A DNA stretch of 63,912 nucleotides, filler included, from Choristocarpus tenellus KU-1152 (Eukaryota; Protista; Phaeophyceae), in NCBI GenBank assembly GCA_964200185.2. It is 15 parts of 15 records of this genome, joined end to end, with 100 filler letters (N's around TTAATTAATTAA, not from the genome) between each part and the next. Parts side by side here need not be neighbours in the genome. Positions count along the whole stretch, not along the records: positions 21,983 to 26,192 come from CAXNAD020015681.1; positions 26,293 to 29,370 come from CAXNAD020022486.1; positions 29,471 to 32,185 come from CAXNAD020025365.1; positions 32,286 to 35,349 come from CAXNAD020022570.1; positions 35,450 to 41,444 come from CAXNAD020009210.1; 10 more parts are not named here. One strand, given 5' to 3'. Shown here in pieces: positions 24,127 through 37,259 of the stretch. Position 1 is the first letter of the stretch; each line of letters begins with the position of its first letter. A model generated the notes under the pieces. That model had not been told where the DNA came from, made no database searches, and saw nothing but the letters and a program-made list of their open reading frames with translations. Position numbers and translations under genes: made by a program.

Positions 24127-25998
24127 CACCATGTCCACTGGTTGGTCTACCTTTTTCTAACATGTCCAAACCATATCCAGTGCATGCTCTATTAGTCCAG
24201 TCCAAGGGCCAGACAGGTCCACAAACGGACTGGCATGACTCAAACAGATCGGCCCAACTGTCAGATAGATCTAATTTGGGGTTCCCTATACCCACATGTC
24301 TTAAAACACGCACACGCTAAGAACTCAAACTGTGCTCCACTTCTGCCGTTCCTGAACAAAGTCTAAGTCCTTCGTTTCGATCCGTAAAAACGTTTCTCTT
24401 CTTTTCTTACTAATATTCAGTTACTATTAGGTAATACTTTCTTATTTATTATTTAGTTACTATTGTGTAATATTTGTCCCCGAGGGATCCCAGACCTGCG
24501 GTCGAAAAGGTAGTCAGTCAAATAGCGCAATGCACACTCTGCTTGAGAAAAGGCAACAAGGACCATACTGTAACAGAAAAAGAAAAACAGTGGAAGAAAA
24601 AAAAGAAAAAAAAGAGAAAAAAAAAGAAGAATAGGAACATTTCTAATCAGCACTGGACTCTCCTTCTGAAATTGTAGTGTATCCTATTTAAATTTAACAG
24701 GTTGATGCATCATGTTATGATATGGCTGGCCTGTGTATCAACTGCATTATACCTGGTCAGCCATGGGTGAAATGTTAACATGCCCGTCAATACTTCAATA
24801 TGGCCTAGCCACCCCAGCATCCACCACCTGCCCTGTAGATGTACCATGGCTGAGTCCATGGCCATCAACATTTTCGATGTGGCCAACGGCGGAGATGCTA
24901 ACTACCCAACCCGGTGAAATAGAGCCCTAAAGAGCAACTTCACAACACTACAGAAAGCTGCAAAGCACTTCCATGGTGCTACAGAGTGCCATGAGTGCAG
25001 TTTCACAATGCTACAGAGGGCTACAGAAAAAAAAGTATCACAACAGAGCACTACGGAGCAACTTCACATCTCAACATAGGTCTATAGAGCCAACTGACCG
25101 ACCTACCCGGCAAAATCTATCTTTCGGGTTTGGTGTGGTGAATTCAAACACCTTCAAACAACCAGGCAGCTGACTTCATACACAAGTGCACCCACCTCTT
25201 GTGTGCATGGAAAGTATACATTTCAGACAATCCAAATACCGCTCTCAACATTTTAAAAAATTAGTTCACAACACTGTGCGCAAAAAGATGAAAAATTTTC
25301 AGAACACAAATTTTCGCGCTCACTCACTCACACTATTTATTTATTTTTACATTAATTGCTCTAGCAAGTTTAAAGTTCTCCAACTCAACCCCCCCTGCTG
25401 CAGAGCAGACTACTTAACCCGTACTCATCCAATGTGTGCATGACAGCACAACATTATTGATACAACACTGTGTGCATGATAGCACAACATTATTGATACA
25501 ACACCATGTACTACTAGCACGTAATGCAGGTAATACATGAGCAATTACCATCATCCCATATATACAGCCAAGCAAATGACAACTAACAACCTCGCCACAA
25601 CAGAGTACATTACTATAATTCAAAACACACGCATGTTCATGGGTGATGATGGGATACAACCAGTCAAGGATCATAAAAAGCCGTCAAAGCAGTGTACAAA
25701 CAGCAAATATACAAGTGTACCAGTCCCCACTAGCACCAAAAACAGCCTGCAAGACGGTATGTAGTGCATCAACATCAAGTGCCTTAACTCGTAAGAAGAA
25801 CTCAATGTCATAGGCCTGACAGGGCCGCACAAGGACAAATTCCCAAGCAACCGCCTTACATTTAACAGCACAAGAAAACCCAAGAGTACAACATCGCTAC
25901 ACAACAACCAACTCCATAGCCCCATACACACCCCTGCAATACACCATCATGGAAAGGATTGAATCACCAACATAACCCACTGTGCCTCAAGCTCTCAC

Positions 25999-26098
25999 CT
26001 CAACAAGTGTGGCATACATTTGAACTTCCTCCTTGTGATAAAAATCCAGATATTCCTTCAAATGACCCAAAAATTCCCGTGCTCCAACCAAGCTGCCC
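25999..26098 (-). CDS. Putative internal exon of an unidentified protein
   Basis: AG...GTGAG-bounded open frame GSLVGAREFLGHLKEYLDFYHKEEVQMYATLVE. The acceptor is weak and no family was recognised. Confidence 0.35.
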
Positions 26099-26501
26099 CT
26101 AAGCCCCCGCCACAGCCCCAGCCCTCCCCCCCACCCTCCACCAACCAACCAAAAACCAATGATTAAATTCTTTAGAAAAATTCGTCAAAACCNNNNNNNN
26201 NNNNNNNNNNNNNNNNNNNNNNNNNNNNNNNNNNNNTTAATTAATTAANNNNNNNNNNNNNNNNNNNNNNNNNNNNNNNNNNNNNNNNNNNNGATGCTTG
26301 GAGTTGGGGTCCCGGGTATATGAATAGGACACCATATACAGAAAAAGACACCGCCCCCCCCCCCCCCCCCCCCCCACAAACTATAACATACGCCTTCTTC
26401 GTATTGAGGATGAGTGACCTTGCCAAAAACTCTGAACCTATCCTGTCGTGAAGAGCAAACAGAACCCAGGTTCACAAAGACTACTCCATGCCCCTGAACA
26501 G

Positions 26502-28510
26502 GCGTTAAATGCATCGACGTACTCCTTAGAGCTGGGGCAGATCGGAATATTGTAGATGAGGATGGGATGACACCATTGGAGTTAGCATCGATGGCGTGTA
26601 GGGACGACTGTGTAAGGGCTCTAAACCTTGCTGTTGATGATACTGAGGTGAGAATATAGGCCTATAGGGAGTATGATTTGAAAACAAATCAAGGTCTTAC
26701 ATTTTGTGATGGTTTAAAAGCGTTTTCTGCAGAATTTAAAGGCTCTCCTTACTAAGGGACACCACATCCTTCCTCCATCCTGAGTCAAACCGTGTTGAGA
26801 GGTAGGCAGGGTTGCATTTGAAGGATCCCAAGAAAGAAATAAAGATATCATTTTGTACAATTGCAGAAAGAGCATTTGCTGAATTGTGGTGTCACTTTGT
26901 GTGTGGAAAAGGGTGAAAATAGATTTGTGCACACTATTGTGTACGTTAAAGGAATGAAATGTAGTTTGCTGTACAAGGTGAAACATATGGGCTAGAATGG
27001 AAATGGTTCAAACCTGCCTGCCTCTCAATTGGTTTGGCTTATTCTTGACATCCCCTTTTGCATACATCCAGCTGGCAAAAATACTGAGGAATGGAGCAAA
27101 CGCCTGCTGTAAGAACCTTTAAAAATTCTCACCCTTGGTGACGTACTGACCTGCACAGAAACTAGAGGACTACCGAAAGACAATGGAGGACCATTTCCGA
27201 GTACAACGTGCCCAGGTTCAGACCGACAAAGACCCAGGGAGAAAGGTCTGTACTAATTCCCTATACACTGACTGTCACCCCAAAATACTTCTCCTCTTCA
27301 CACCCAGCAGAAAATTCTTGTACTGCTCCAACTGTTGGACATATTAGTTCATTTTGGACGTTGTGCTACCTCACATGAATATTATGCAGCTGTGTAACTT
27401 CTGTAAAGCTGTTGCTGTATGTACCCTGGAGGTCCAATGTACTCCAAAAAATACAATTACAGAGTGTACATGGTAACAACCCTAATAACCCTAATCAAGA
27501 TAGCTCTATAACCCATGGCAATCTTGTCCTCCCTTGTCCTGATATGTGATATTGTACAACCAGCGCAAGGCTGCGAAGCCAAAAGAGTTGATGATGCAAG
27601 AGGATGAGATCGTGCCTTTCAGTGTAACGGTGAGTGGTAGCAAGAGCATTTCAAGCACCGTTCTCAACAATAGGTTCTACACTTTACTCTCATTTAAACC
27701 AAAAATATTTGTTGACCTTGGTACGCTACTTATGCATGCTCTTATGGAAATATTGATGCAGTAGCCACACAGGATTGAGCTAGACTGTTTACCTCAACAA
27801 CATAGGTGGGTAAACCTTGCGATATATAAAACAATTTTGGGTTCAATCACCCATTCAACTTACTAGCGGGAAGGGCAAAGGAGTACCTCCATGCACCTCA
27901 TCAATAACTTTGGGCACTTTCTCTGTGGGACCAGGTTGGCAGCAACAATTGCGATAACCAACATGTGATATTGTACATATTATTGTAGGTAACCAGAAGG
28001 AGACAATGATATACTGAGTATACTCTATGAACAAACTATTTAAGGGTATGTAATATATTCAAGTAGCAGCCAGTTTGCAAAGGTTAGTTCTACATCACTC
28101 ACAAGTTCTCTTACTTTGCTTGGTGGTCCTAGTATTCTACACACGTGTTTTCTTATCCTATTCTATGAGATGAGATAAGCAGGATGTATATATGCAACAC
28201 ATACACTAGATAGAGAACCAGAGTCCCTTACAACCTTGCCCATCTAGTAGTATTGGCAGCACTACAATTGTTGCTGTAATGCCAGTTATTCATGACAACA
28301 GTAGTTGCAGTAGAAGAAGTAGTAGTAGTGTTTATGCCGTTTAACTTTCATCTTAATGAGAACTTGCATCTTTGCCAACGTCTTTTGATTTTCCCTTGAT
28401 GTACGTTGTGCTTTTCGTATCTTTCCACTGGGCTGTTTTTCTGGTGGTAGAATTTCAACGGAAAACACTGCCGGCAGACAGTACAAAACTTAATCCTCGC
28501 CAAGGAACAG
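26502..28510 (+). CDS. Ankyrin-repeat protein, four internal exons
   Basis: Exons 26502-26647 (VKCIDVLLRAGADRNIVDEDGMTPLELASMACRDDCVRAL, an ankyrin repeat), 27159-27245, 27564-27629 and 28451-28510, all with GT-AG sites and phase-0 joins. Confidence 0.8.
26782..27040 (+). mobile_element. MITE family D (intronic copy)
   Basis: TIRs GAGTCAAACC.TTGAGAGGTAGGCAGG...CCTGCCTGCCTCTCAATTGGTTTGGCTT. Homologue at 42472-42735 and a fragment at ~46461-46478. Confidence 0.75.
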
Positions 28511-28636
28511 GTGGGTAATATTGGCGGAATAGATTTTAGAAGGGTAGAACCAAGTGGGTCAAAGTATGAGGAGATGTTGCAAGAAATATACCTCTGTAGG
28601 CCGTTTAAGATTCACAGATAGCTTTCCTTCTCAAAT

Positions 28637-28896
28637 GAGTCACAGTATCTTAGAGGGTAGAGCCGCGTCCGTTTGGGGGACAAAATCCAATGTTGCAATT
28701 TTGATGTAAGTGTGGCTATTATGTTTATTAGGAGACGTCAATATCCTTGTTTCGGACGCGCGTTTTCATAACGTATACATTTTACCTACTCTGAAACATT
28801 TTGGAGCAGGTAAAATGTAATTAAAAACCTGTGGGAAGCCAAGCCCCAAACGGACAAACAGGCAAAAACTCGTACCCTCTAAAGATACATTCACCC
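28637..28896 (+). mobile_element. MITE family A, full-length copy
   Basis: GAGTCACAGTATCTTAGAGGGTA...TACCCTCTAAAGATACATTCACCC, with AAT duplicated on both flanks. Confidence 0.85.
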
Positions 28897-30655
28897 AATC
28901 GGGTCATTATCATACTGAGCAGGTTGCACCAAGCAAATCAAATTGATTATTTTTTTTCCCTTACAAGATACATAAAAAAATAAAGAGTTCCGAAGTAGAA
29001 GCTCAACGGTTCCACTTGAGTGGCTCTGGTCAGTCGATTTTATCCCTGAGAGCATCAACCATGAAGCAATAATACAAATCAGTGATCCAAAGTATATTGG
29101 TGTACAAGATCATACACCATTTGCCTGTGCTTTTGTGCTGTCCCTCTAGCTGGCCCATGCTGTAGACCTCATGTCTAAGGGTAGCATTTCCATGTTACGT
29201 TCTTGTTTTATCCAAATATAGTCTTGATAAAGCAACCTTTGGCAACAAGGAATAGTCAAGCACCACTTCCCTCTCAACATTTTGCTGGGGGACCAACTGC
29301 TCGACTCTATCAAGCATTGACCCAAAGTATCTGGGAGGGGGGGGGGGCCTAGACCAGGGTGTCAATTTGGNNNNNNNNNNNNNNNNNNNNNNNNNNNNNN
29401 NNNNNNNNNNNNNNTTAATTAATTAANNNNNNNNNNNNNNNNNNNNNNNNNNNNNNNNNNNNNNNNNNNNCCCACACACACCCCACCGGGAGGGGGGGGC
29501 CCCTCATGTATAGCGGCCCCCCCCCCCCCCCCCCCACATGCTTTGAGCTGTTATGTAACCAAAGAAGCTATTGAGATGTATCCATGTACAACGTACTTGT
29601 TGGAAAGTAAGGTGGAGCTTTTTGGTTTTGCTCAGGGGATAACCTTTTGGGGGTGGGGCCCTACGACTGTCTTTGGTTCTTTGAGAGTTTGTGATCCCAT
29701 CAGAAAATGCAGTTTTATCAGGTGTTTATCATGATCTGTGAAGCGTCTTCGAAGAAGTGTTGTTTAACGATTCTGAACTCCGCCGTTGTCATCAACTACC
29801 TACAGAGGTGTAATGAAAGAGGGGCGGTACGACCACAGCGGACAAATTCCTCTCCTTCACCTGTAGGAATGGAATGGTTGATAATGTCTTTCAACAGTGT
29901 GAGGAGACAAGTTAAATACGCTGTACATTGTACAAGTTACGTGTGTGTAGAGAGGCGAATGGATGGGAAGTAATCCTTGATGTGCTGTTCCTAGAGTCAA
30001 TAGAAATGCCACCACTTGACATGCGTGAGAGGAACTGATTTGTCTACTTCCATCGTGGTCAAGATTTGTAGTACCGAATGAGCATGTTAAGTGTAGGGTG
30101 TTGTCGTGCTTAATAGTTTTTTGCAGAGAAGAGCCAATCTAGAACTGGAAGGGGAACACGGCTTTATGAAGAGGAATGAAGCAACCTTTTGGGTGCTGGC
30201 TACTGGCTACTGGCTATATATATATATATATATTATATATATATATATATTTTGGGTAGTGTGTTGAACTATTGCGGTCTGTGTGATCTCATCACCTTAC
30301 TGATTTTTCACCATTCTATTGAGAGTTGATTGTCTGAGTGTACGTGCATACAGGCCTTTGCTTGCTACCCAATGCCTCACACACAGTTGGGCGAGTGTGT
30401 TTTAGGTATGTCTAGTGGCTGGCGTTTGTTAGCAGTCTGTCACTGTTTGCACTTATGCTTGCACTTGTTTTTTGTTTTTGTTGTGTTGATTTTCTGTTCT
30501 GTTTCTTCTTGCAATTGCATTGGGCAGATGTACAATTCCATGTTTTTCGTAGTGTTTGCTTTAGAAGATGCTGACCATAGTGTCAACTCAGCACTCCATC
30601 TGCTTTTTGTTGAACAAAATTGATCATATTTGTTTTTTTTCTTGTTTGTGACCAG

Positions 30656-30811
30656 ATCATGCCCCAGTACTTCAATGATGCAGGGTATGTAAGTCACATG
30701 GTGGGCAAGTGGCACCTGGGTTCCTATGACGATGCCTACACTCCCTACAGACGAGGCTTTGATAGCTTTGTGGGATACCTTAATGGTGATGAAGACTACT
30801 GGACACACCAG
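30656..30811 (+). CDS. Arylsulfatase (formylglycine-dependent S1 family, ARSB-like) internal exon
   Basis: AG/GT-bounded 156-bp exon IMPQYFNDAGYVSHMVGKWHLGSYDDAYTPYRRGFDSFVGYLNGDEDYWTHQ carrying the sulfatase GY...VGKWHLG signature. Confidence 0.92.
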
Positions 30812-33800
30812 GTAGGACCAGAGCTGGTCAAATCACATAGATCTCGAGTGTACTATAATGGTCAATCTACTATAATATATATTTGAACAAGACCCATGCC
30901 ATGTGAAGATGGGAAGGTGTACTCAATATGTAATTTTGATGTGCAGTGTTTGAAGGGTTGATATGACAAGTTGTTGTGGGTGGAGTTATGTGATCCACCA
31001 GCATCATGAAGTAACTCACGGAGAGTAATGGCAGTGCCTTCATAATTTATTGAAAACCCCAATTGCTTTTTGGGATTTATTTGAGTAGATGCGCTTGCAA
31101 CCATATTTGGACCTTGATGGACCTGTGGTGGATCTAATTTTGTAGAACACTCCCTTCATGAACGCATTGCTATTTTTGAGTTTATTTTTTAATATCATAC
31201 TGTGATGTAATGTGAAGGGTTTCCAACAAACTGTGTGTGCTTCCATGTGTGGGAGTGATGTGTGTACTTTTGACAAGACACTTTGACCCCTCTGCATCAA
31301 GCACCTAAGCAACGAAGGAATAGAAAATGTTGGCAACAGTCTCCACTTAAACAAGAGGCCTTAATGGTACACTATTTCGTACTACACTTGTAAGCATGCA
31401 CTGTAGACATTTTTTGAAGACTGGTATTAGCTGGACGACGGCGTTGTACTTGCTTGGATATCAAAGTACATTGTTACCTCATGGTAAAGGGTCCTTTGTT
31501 TGGCCTGAGGCTGTTGTTTATTTTTTGTCATCCCGGATGCTCTTTGTCAGCTGTGCTGTGGCCATTTCACTTTTATTCTTGTCTGCAACAAAGGTGTAAC
31601 GCTTGTCTTGTTCAAGCAGGTTCTTAGCTTCGCTTCATGTTAGATACGATTTTTGGTAGGAGTCTCTGAGGTGAGGTGGGTAAGTGATGGACATAAGGCA
31701 TACGTGTATGTGGCATAGGCTAGAGTTGAATGGAGTTAGTCCAATCATGGGAGTCCTGCTTTTGGTCGGAAAGTTAATCCTAGAACTGAATTTGTTGGTG
31801 CACCTGTCTATGACTGTCGTGATGTCTAAGTTCCTGACTCTCTCAGTCTTAACCATTTTAGCCCTGATGTGATAGTGCCTTGAAAAAGGTGACTGCACTT
31901 CAAGCACGTTTTGGTGATGATTAAGATACTGATGCTCCAGCGGGGCAGATAGTGAAGACTATCTCCCAGGTAGAGAACATTGGTTTCTCGATAGTTGGAG
32001 GAAATCAGAGGCTGGGAACCTACCTAGCACGACCCCCATACATCATCCTACTAATTGTGCACTCTCTCTGAATGGTCCATCTCAATATTCCTTTGAGCCT
32101 GTACCCAAGGCCCCCCCCCCCCCCCCCCCTCCTTTTTTAAATAGTCGTTTCCCCTTTAGGGGTGGGGAAAAGATCACTATGACTANNNNNNNNNNNNNNN
32201 NNNNNNNNNNNNNNNNNNNNNNNNNNNNNTTAATTAATTAANNNNNNNNNNNNNNNNNNNNNNNNNNNNNNNNNNNNNNNNNNNNAGAACCAAAAAAACT
32301 GTCGGGCTCCGTAACCCACCCCCCCCCCCCCCCCGGGTGTTTCCAGCATACGGTCACATGCACCACAAAAAGGTAGAAATAATAATAATAAGATGCCCCG
32401 AAAGTCTGATTGCTGCAACTAAATTTTACTGACAGCGGCAGATCATTGGAATTACCTTCGGAATCGATCACAAGTGGGGAAAAAATTGTCCAAAATGCAT
32501 GTGGGGAAATTTTTTCTACAAAGCCCCTTTAACCTCCATGTCTATCACACAAAAAACAATTTCCAGATTGTCCCAAATGCATGTGGGGATTTTTTTTCTA
32601 CAAAGCCCCTTTAACCTCCATCTCTATCACACATGAAACGTTTTCCAAGCTCTGACTGGACTGCGGGCAAGGCCACGGATCAGACCCTGGAAAGTCTTCA
32701 GACAGTCCTGGACCGACCTGACCAGTGGACTGGAGTCCTAACCCTAACCCTAACCCACTCTTCAGCACCGCCAACTAAAAAAATAAAAACTTGACAAAAA
32801 AAAGAGGACTGACGAAAGAGGAGGCAGGAAAAGACACCCCCACATGCACACCCTGGAGGCATTTAGGAAGAAATTAACAATCCCCCCTCCCTCCCTTCTC
32901 CCCAACCAAATCTCTTCCACAATTCCAAGGAGCTCTTTGCCCTCAGGTGCATCTCCACCGACTCAGGTGCAATCTCACCTGGTCCCCCGGGGGTATGACA
33001 AGAGAAATCATGCTCGTGCCGTTCCTGAGAGAACAGGGAAAAATGTGACACGAGAAAGGGCGAAAAAGGAGGCACCAATCTGCAGTCAGAAAAAGTGGAC
33101 AAGATACACTCCTGGGGCTAGTTGTTACAAACCTCGCCTATCTTTTTAACAACATACTCAACCCACTTTCTTCCTTTTGCAGCACAGGTGTCCTATATTA
33201 CTTCCTCACAGTTCGAACAAACACACACACACACACACATATCTACCCACTTGGCAGGCATTAGTTTTGGTACACGCTTCTTCTTCAATGACAACCCTCA
33301 CCCTAACCCTCCCCCAACGCACCCCAACCTATTTTTCAATATTATTAGGGTTAGGGACAAAAAAATGCACACATCGTTACGTAACACAAAGGTGGAATAG
33401 TAATCTGTAACCCACAAAAGACGCGAGACTGCGAGCAGACGCACGGGACAGAGGAAGCGCAGCTATGACTCCTCCCTCGCCCCTCCCCACCGCAAACAAA
33501 GTGTCAACATGCTCCTGACTACATTTAAGAGCAGGGAAGTGGGTACTTCAACTATCCTACTTGTCTATGACTCTAAACACCTTCAACTGTTGCTCCGTTC
33601 AAGGCTGCTACTGGGAACAAGAGGGGATAAAAAATCGGGGACCGGAGAGCAGTAGTTTGGTTTTACCAAACGTATGGTACAATAACACAAGGGAGTTGCA
33701 AAAGTAAAAAGGCGGCACGTGACATAAAAAGGGGCAATTTCTGCTTCCTGAGTGATATTCATGAGAGGACCATCTACCCCAAAAGGAGGGGACACCTGAA

Positions 33801-35469
33801 CGTAACAGGCATGCTTGTCACAAAATTACTACTCCTATAGCACGCATACGCAGTCACAGTCAACCTCTATAGGAAACCCTCTTCAAGCACATAACTGCTC
33901 TTCAAAATCAATCAACATATTTATAAACAAAATGGAGTATTTTGGTGTGCAATGATTATTACGTCCTGGTTCACGCATTCTAACATTCTTCCTGGAAGCA
34001 AATTATTAAAGTAAATTAAAACTGTGAATAGACAATGCCCGTGACAGGCCACCTTGGGGGTGGCATGTTCCTAGGGTGGTGAGGCACGCACCCCGTTACA
34101 TCTTCTGCATACCATAAAATATGAAAACCGGTTACTTTACTAGCAATGATGGAAGCACACACGAGACACTCCTCTTACCAGATATTACAAAACATGTGCC
34201 TGAGTGCATGCATGTGAATCTCAAACATTTCTCAGAAATCCACCCCTTTTTATAATTCAATCACACAACACTCTCTAAGATGTACTCATTTTAAAACATA
34301 GATCTATGCATCTCTCTCAGGTAATCTGAGGAAGAAGGGCAAATATTGGAAGTTGAGATGTCAAGACATTAGAAACTCAAAGAATTGTACCCGAAAAATT
34401 GCACTTCTTAATATCAGAAACGTACCCTGCAGCATAGGCAGAGAGCAAATGCACCATAGAAGGAACACAACCCCCCACAGCCATCTCTCATGCAATTGGA
34501 ATAGTTGATGCTACACAGCTGTCCACTCCCGCTTGAATTGCAGGCAATTGTGGGCACATATGTTAAAGGGTCATTCCGTTAACCACCTTTCTAATCAGGA
34601 AGTACTCTTGGACTAGTGGCAATCAATCTTTGACAATCTTGAAAGGAAATGTACTCTGTGTTTGAGAGCTTTAGCTAAACTGCTTCTCATGTACTATGGC
34701 AATGCACTCTTGTGTCCTCGATGTTTTATGCCACACAATTGGTTTTCACCAACACAGCGCAATATATTCTTCATAAGGAAATGCGTTTTTGTAACAGCGG
34801 GTCATACAAAACGGACTACTTCTGTAGGTCGCCACAGGTTACAACATCTGCCCCCAAGTCGGTTGAGGGATTTGATATTTGCTTCATATAAGAAATCACA
34901 CAGTACTACTTTGGCGGAAACAAATGGACCAGGGGAACATAGCACAGAAGATAACTCAAAGTCGAGGTTGGCCATGTATATATTCTGGGAGGAAGGCGAG
35001 GCCATTTCAACAGACACTCCAAACGTACCATGCCGCTGTCAAACATGAAAATGAGTTCATTCTGACGAGTGGAATCCAGTCTCTTATGCAACGGGTCGAC
35101 AAAGAGATACAACTGCAAATGAAAAAAAGGAAAAACCTAGACCTTCTCACCCTCGAGCCTTTTGGAGAGTCTTGATCAGCTTCTTCACCTTCCATACCTC
35201 CACTTGGCGGTCTCCCGTATCTGTGTCCGCATTTTTTCCAGACATATTATCGAGGTTTTCCTAACAAGGCAACCCCCCCCCCCCCTCCCCCCTTCCCTCC
35301 CCCATCTACCTATTTACATCTCCCCACCCCACCTCTTCTTCTAAATATANNNNNNNNNNNNNNNNNNNNNNNNNNNNNNNNNNNNNNNNNNNNTTAATTA
35401 ATTAANNNNNNNNNNNNNNNNNNNNNNNNNNNNNNNNNNNNNNNNNNNNTTCGGTTGGGTTACCCCCTT

Positions 35470-36471
35470 CCTCATACGCCCGAGTGGGGGGGGGGGTCAA
35501 TCGTTCAGGGGAAGGTCAGCGATGTTCACGTAGATGTTCCAAGGGCATACATATGCTCTATGTCCTACCTCCCGGACGATGATTAAAAATATATGTACAC
35601 CCCCCCTCAACTGGGGTCGTACACAACAGGGAACGCGATCGAAGAAAAGGTGTCCACAAATTTCCAGACAAGAACAAAGGAGGAACAGTGACGAGACTAC
35701 AATACCCCCTGTATTGCCGAGTTCGCTGTCGGGCACGAAAGTGTCGGGACATGAAAACAGGACCCTATCTACAAAAACAGACCCCTTGGACCGACACCGA
35801 GTTATATATGTGCCGGATTCAGAAGAGGGAGTAACGCTCAACGCCATAACTAGGGGAAGGAGGAGACTATACTTCGGATGGGATGATCAACAGATGCGAG
35901 GGACCGTGACCAAGTACACCAGCCCCACTACACACGGTCTAAGTTTGTGGAAAGCGAGTCAGCCACCCCCACAAGGTCAAACAGGAGAATGGCGACTTGC
36001 GAAATATGCAGCTCCTTGTCCAACACTACAACAACCACTACAACACCATTGTCCAAGACCCTCCTAAACGGGCCTGGTTCTGGGTATTACACAGTCCTAC
36101 ACAACCACCACATTGACTACAGACATATGGCTTTGAGAAGCAACATTGGCAAATATATGTTCGTGACTCACCCTCCACTTCACAAGTCAGACTCATGCCT
36201 CCACGGACATGTTATGATGATGGAGACATGGATCATACGTTCCATATAAAACAACGGACTTATATCCATGTAATATATATATATATAATCTGAATTTATT
36301 CAGCTCCCAAACAGTCTGTGTTTAGAGACGTGTCCTCCCATACATATGTTCATTGGATCGGTATGGCAACCAAAATTTCGTCTCCATTACATCATTGTTC
36401 TGCCACCTTTCTCTAATACTTTTACTGCAATGCCAACCCTATCCTTTTCCCTCCCCCCTCTTCTTTGCGCT
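35470..36471 (+). mobile_element. Dispersed repeat, 3' part of the same putative DNA transposon as 38640-39563
   Basis: About 1 kb colinear with 38640-39563, with shared decayed coding remnants (QQM.GTVTKY; EVK.EN..LRN). Homology ends at CTTTGCG(C/T)T. Confidence 0.6.
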
Positions 36472-36722
36472 GTTAGGAACATAGAGAAATTGGCAGAAAC
36501 CCTACCAGGGGGAGGTCCACGCACAAACATCTCGCACTCCACTCTCCACCATCTTCAGCACAAGTCGAAATTTTCAATAACATCCTCCACCCAAACCAAG
36601 CGGCGGCAACCAGGCAGACTCCGGGCATTGAACCCAAAGGGGAACTTTCCTGAGCCATCATCACAACATAGCCAACACCCACTCAAGCGCCAGGCGTACA
36701 TACATCCTTAATAATGCGTTTT

Positions 36723-37144
36723 AGGCCGAAATATATATTACAAGGACGGTGACCGGGTCCAAGTACCGTGGGGTATGGTGGTTGGGGAAGGTGCGTCCGT
36801 TTTCGATCCCGACGACGAAGTACTACAAAATGATGGGAATTGCTGTCTTCAGTCCGCCTCTCTCCACGACTGAAGACAGCAATTCCAATGAATTTTTGAG
36901 TACTTTGTCTGGACAGAAACGGACGCCTTTCACAAACCACACCCCCCCCTAAGATACTTTGGCCCATTTTCCTACTCCAAAGTGTTTCGGAGGAGGTAAA
37001 ATGTATACGTTATGAAACGTTGTATCCAGAAGAAGGATATTGTCACTTCCTAACAAACAAGATGGTATATTTTTCATCAAAATTGCAACACTGGATTTTG
37101 GCCCCCAAATGGACGCGGTCCTACCCTCTAAGATAATTTGACTC
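36723..37144. mobile_element. MITE family C (36723-36965) abutting a partial family A copy (36966-37144)
   Basis: The family C end CACAAACCAC-Cn-AAGATACTTTGGCCC is also seen at 46276-46329. The family A end is TACCCTCTAAGATAATTTGACTC. Confidence 0.7.
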
Positions 37145-37259
37145 TTTCAGAAGTCTGCCAATCGGCAAACTAACCAAAAACTCCAAGTTTGGGGTTTCAT
37201 CACACACTGCCATCCGTCCCTACCAAACACTACTTACAGCGATAGGCATCACTTATCAC

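Noticed and set aside
32390-33795. Candidate minus-strand exons (VSPPFGVDG.., EIAPESVEMHL.., NSNDLPLSVKF..) and a VSPP[FY]G resemblance to 56779-56870
   Set aside because: The phases could not be fully reconciled and the similarity is too short to support paralogy.
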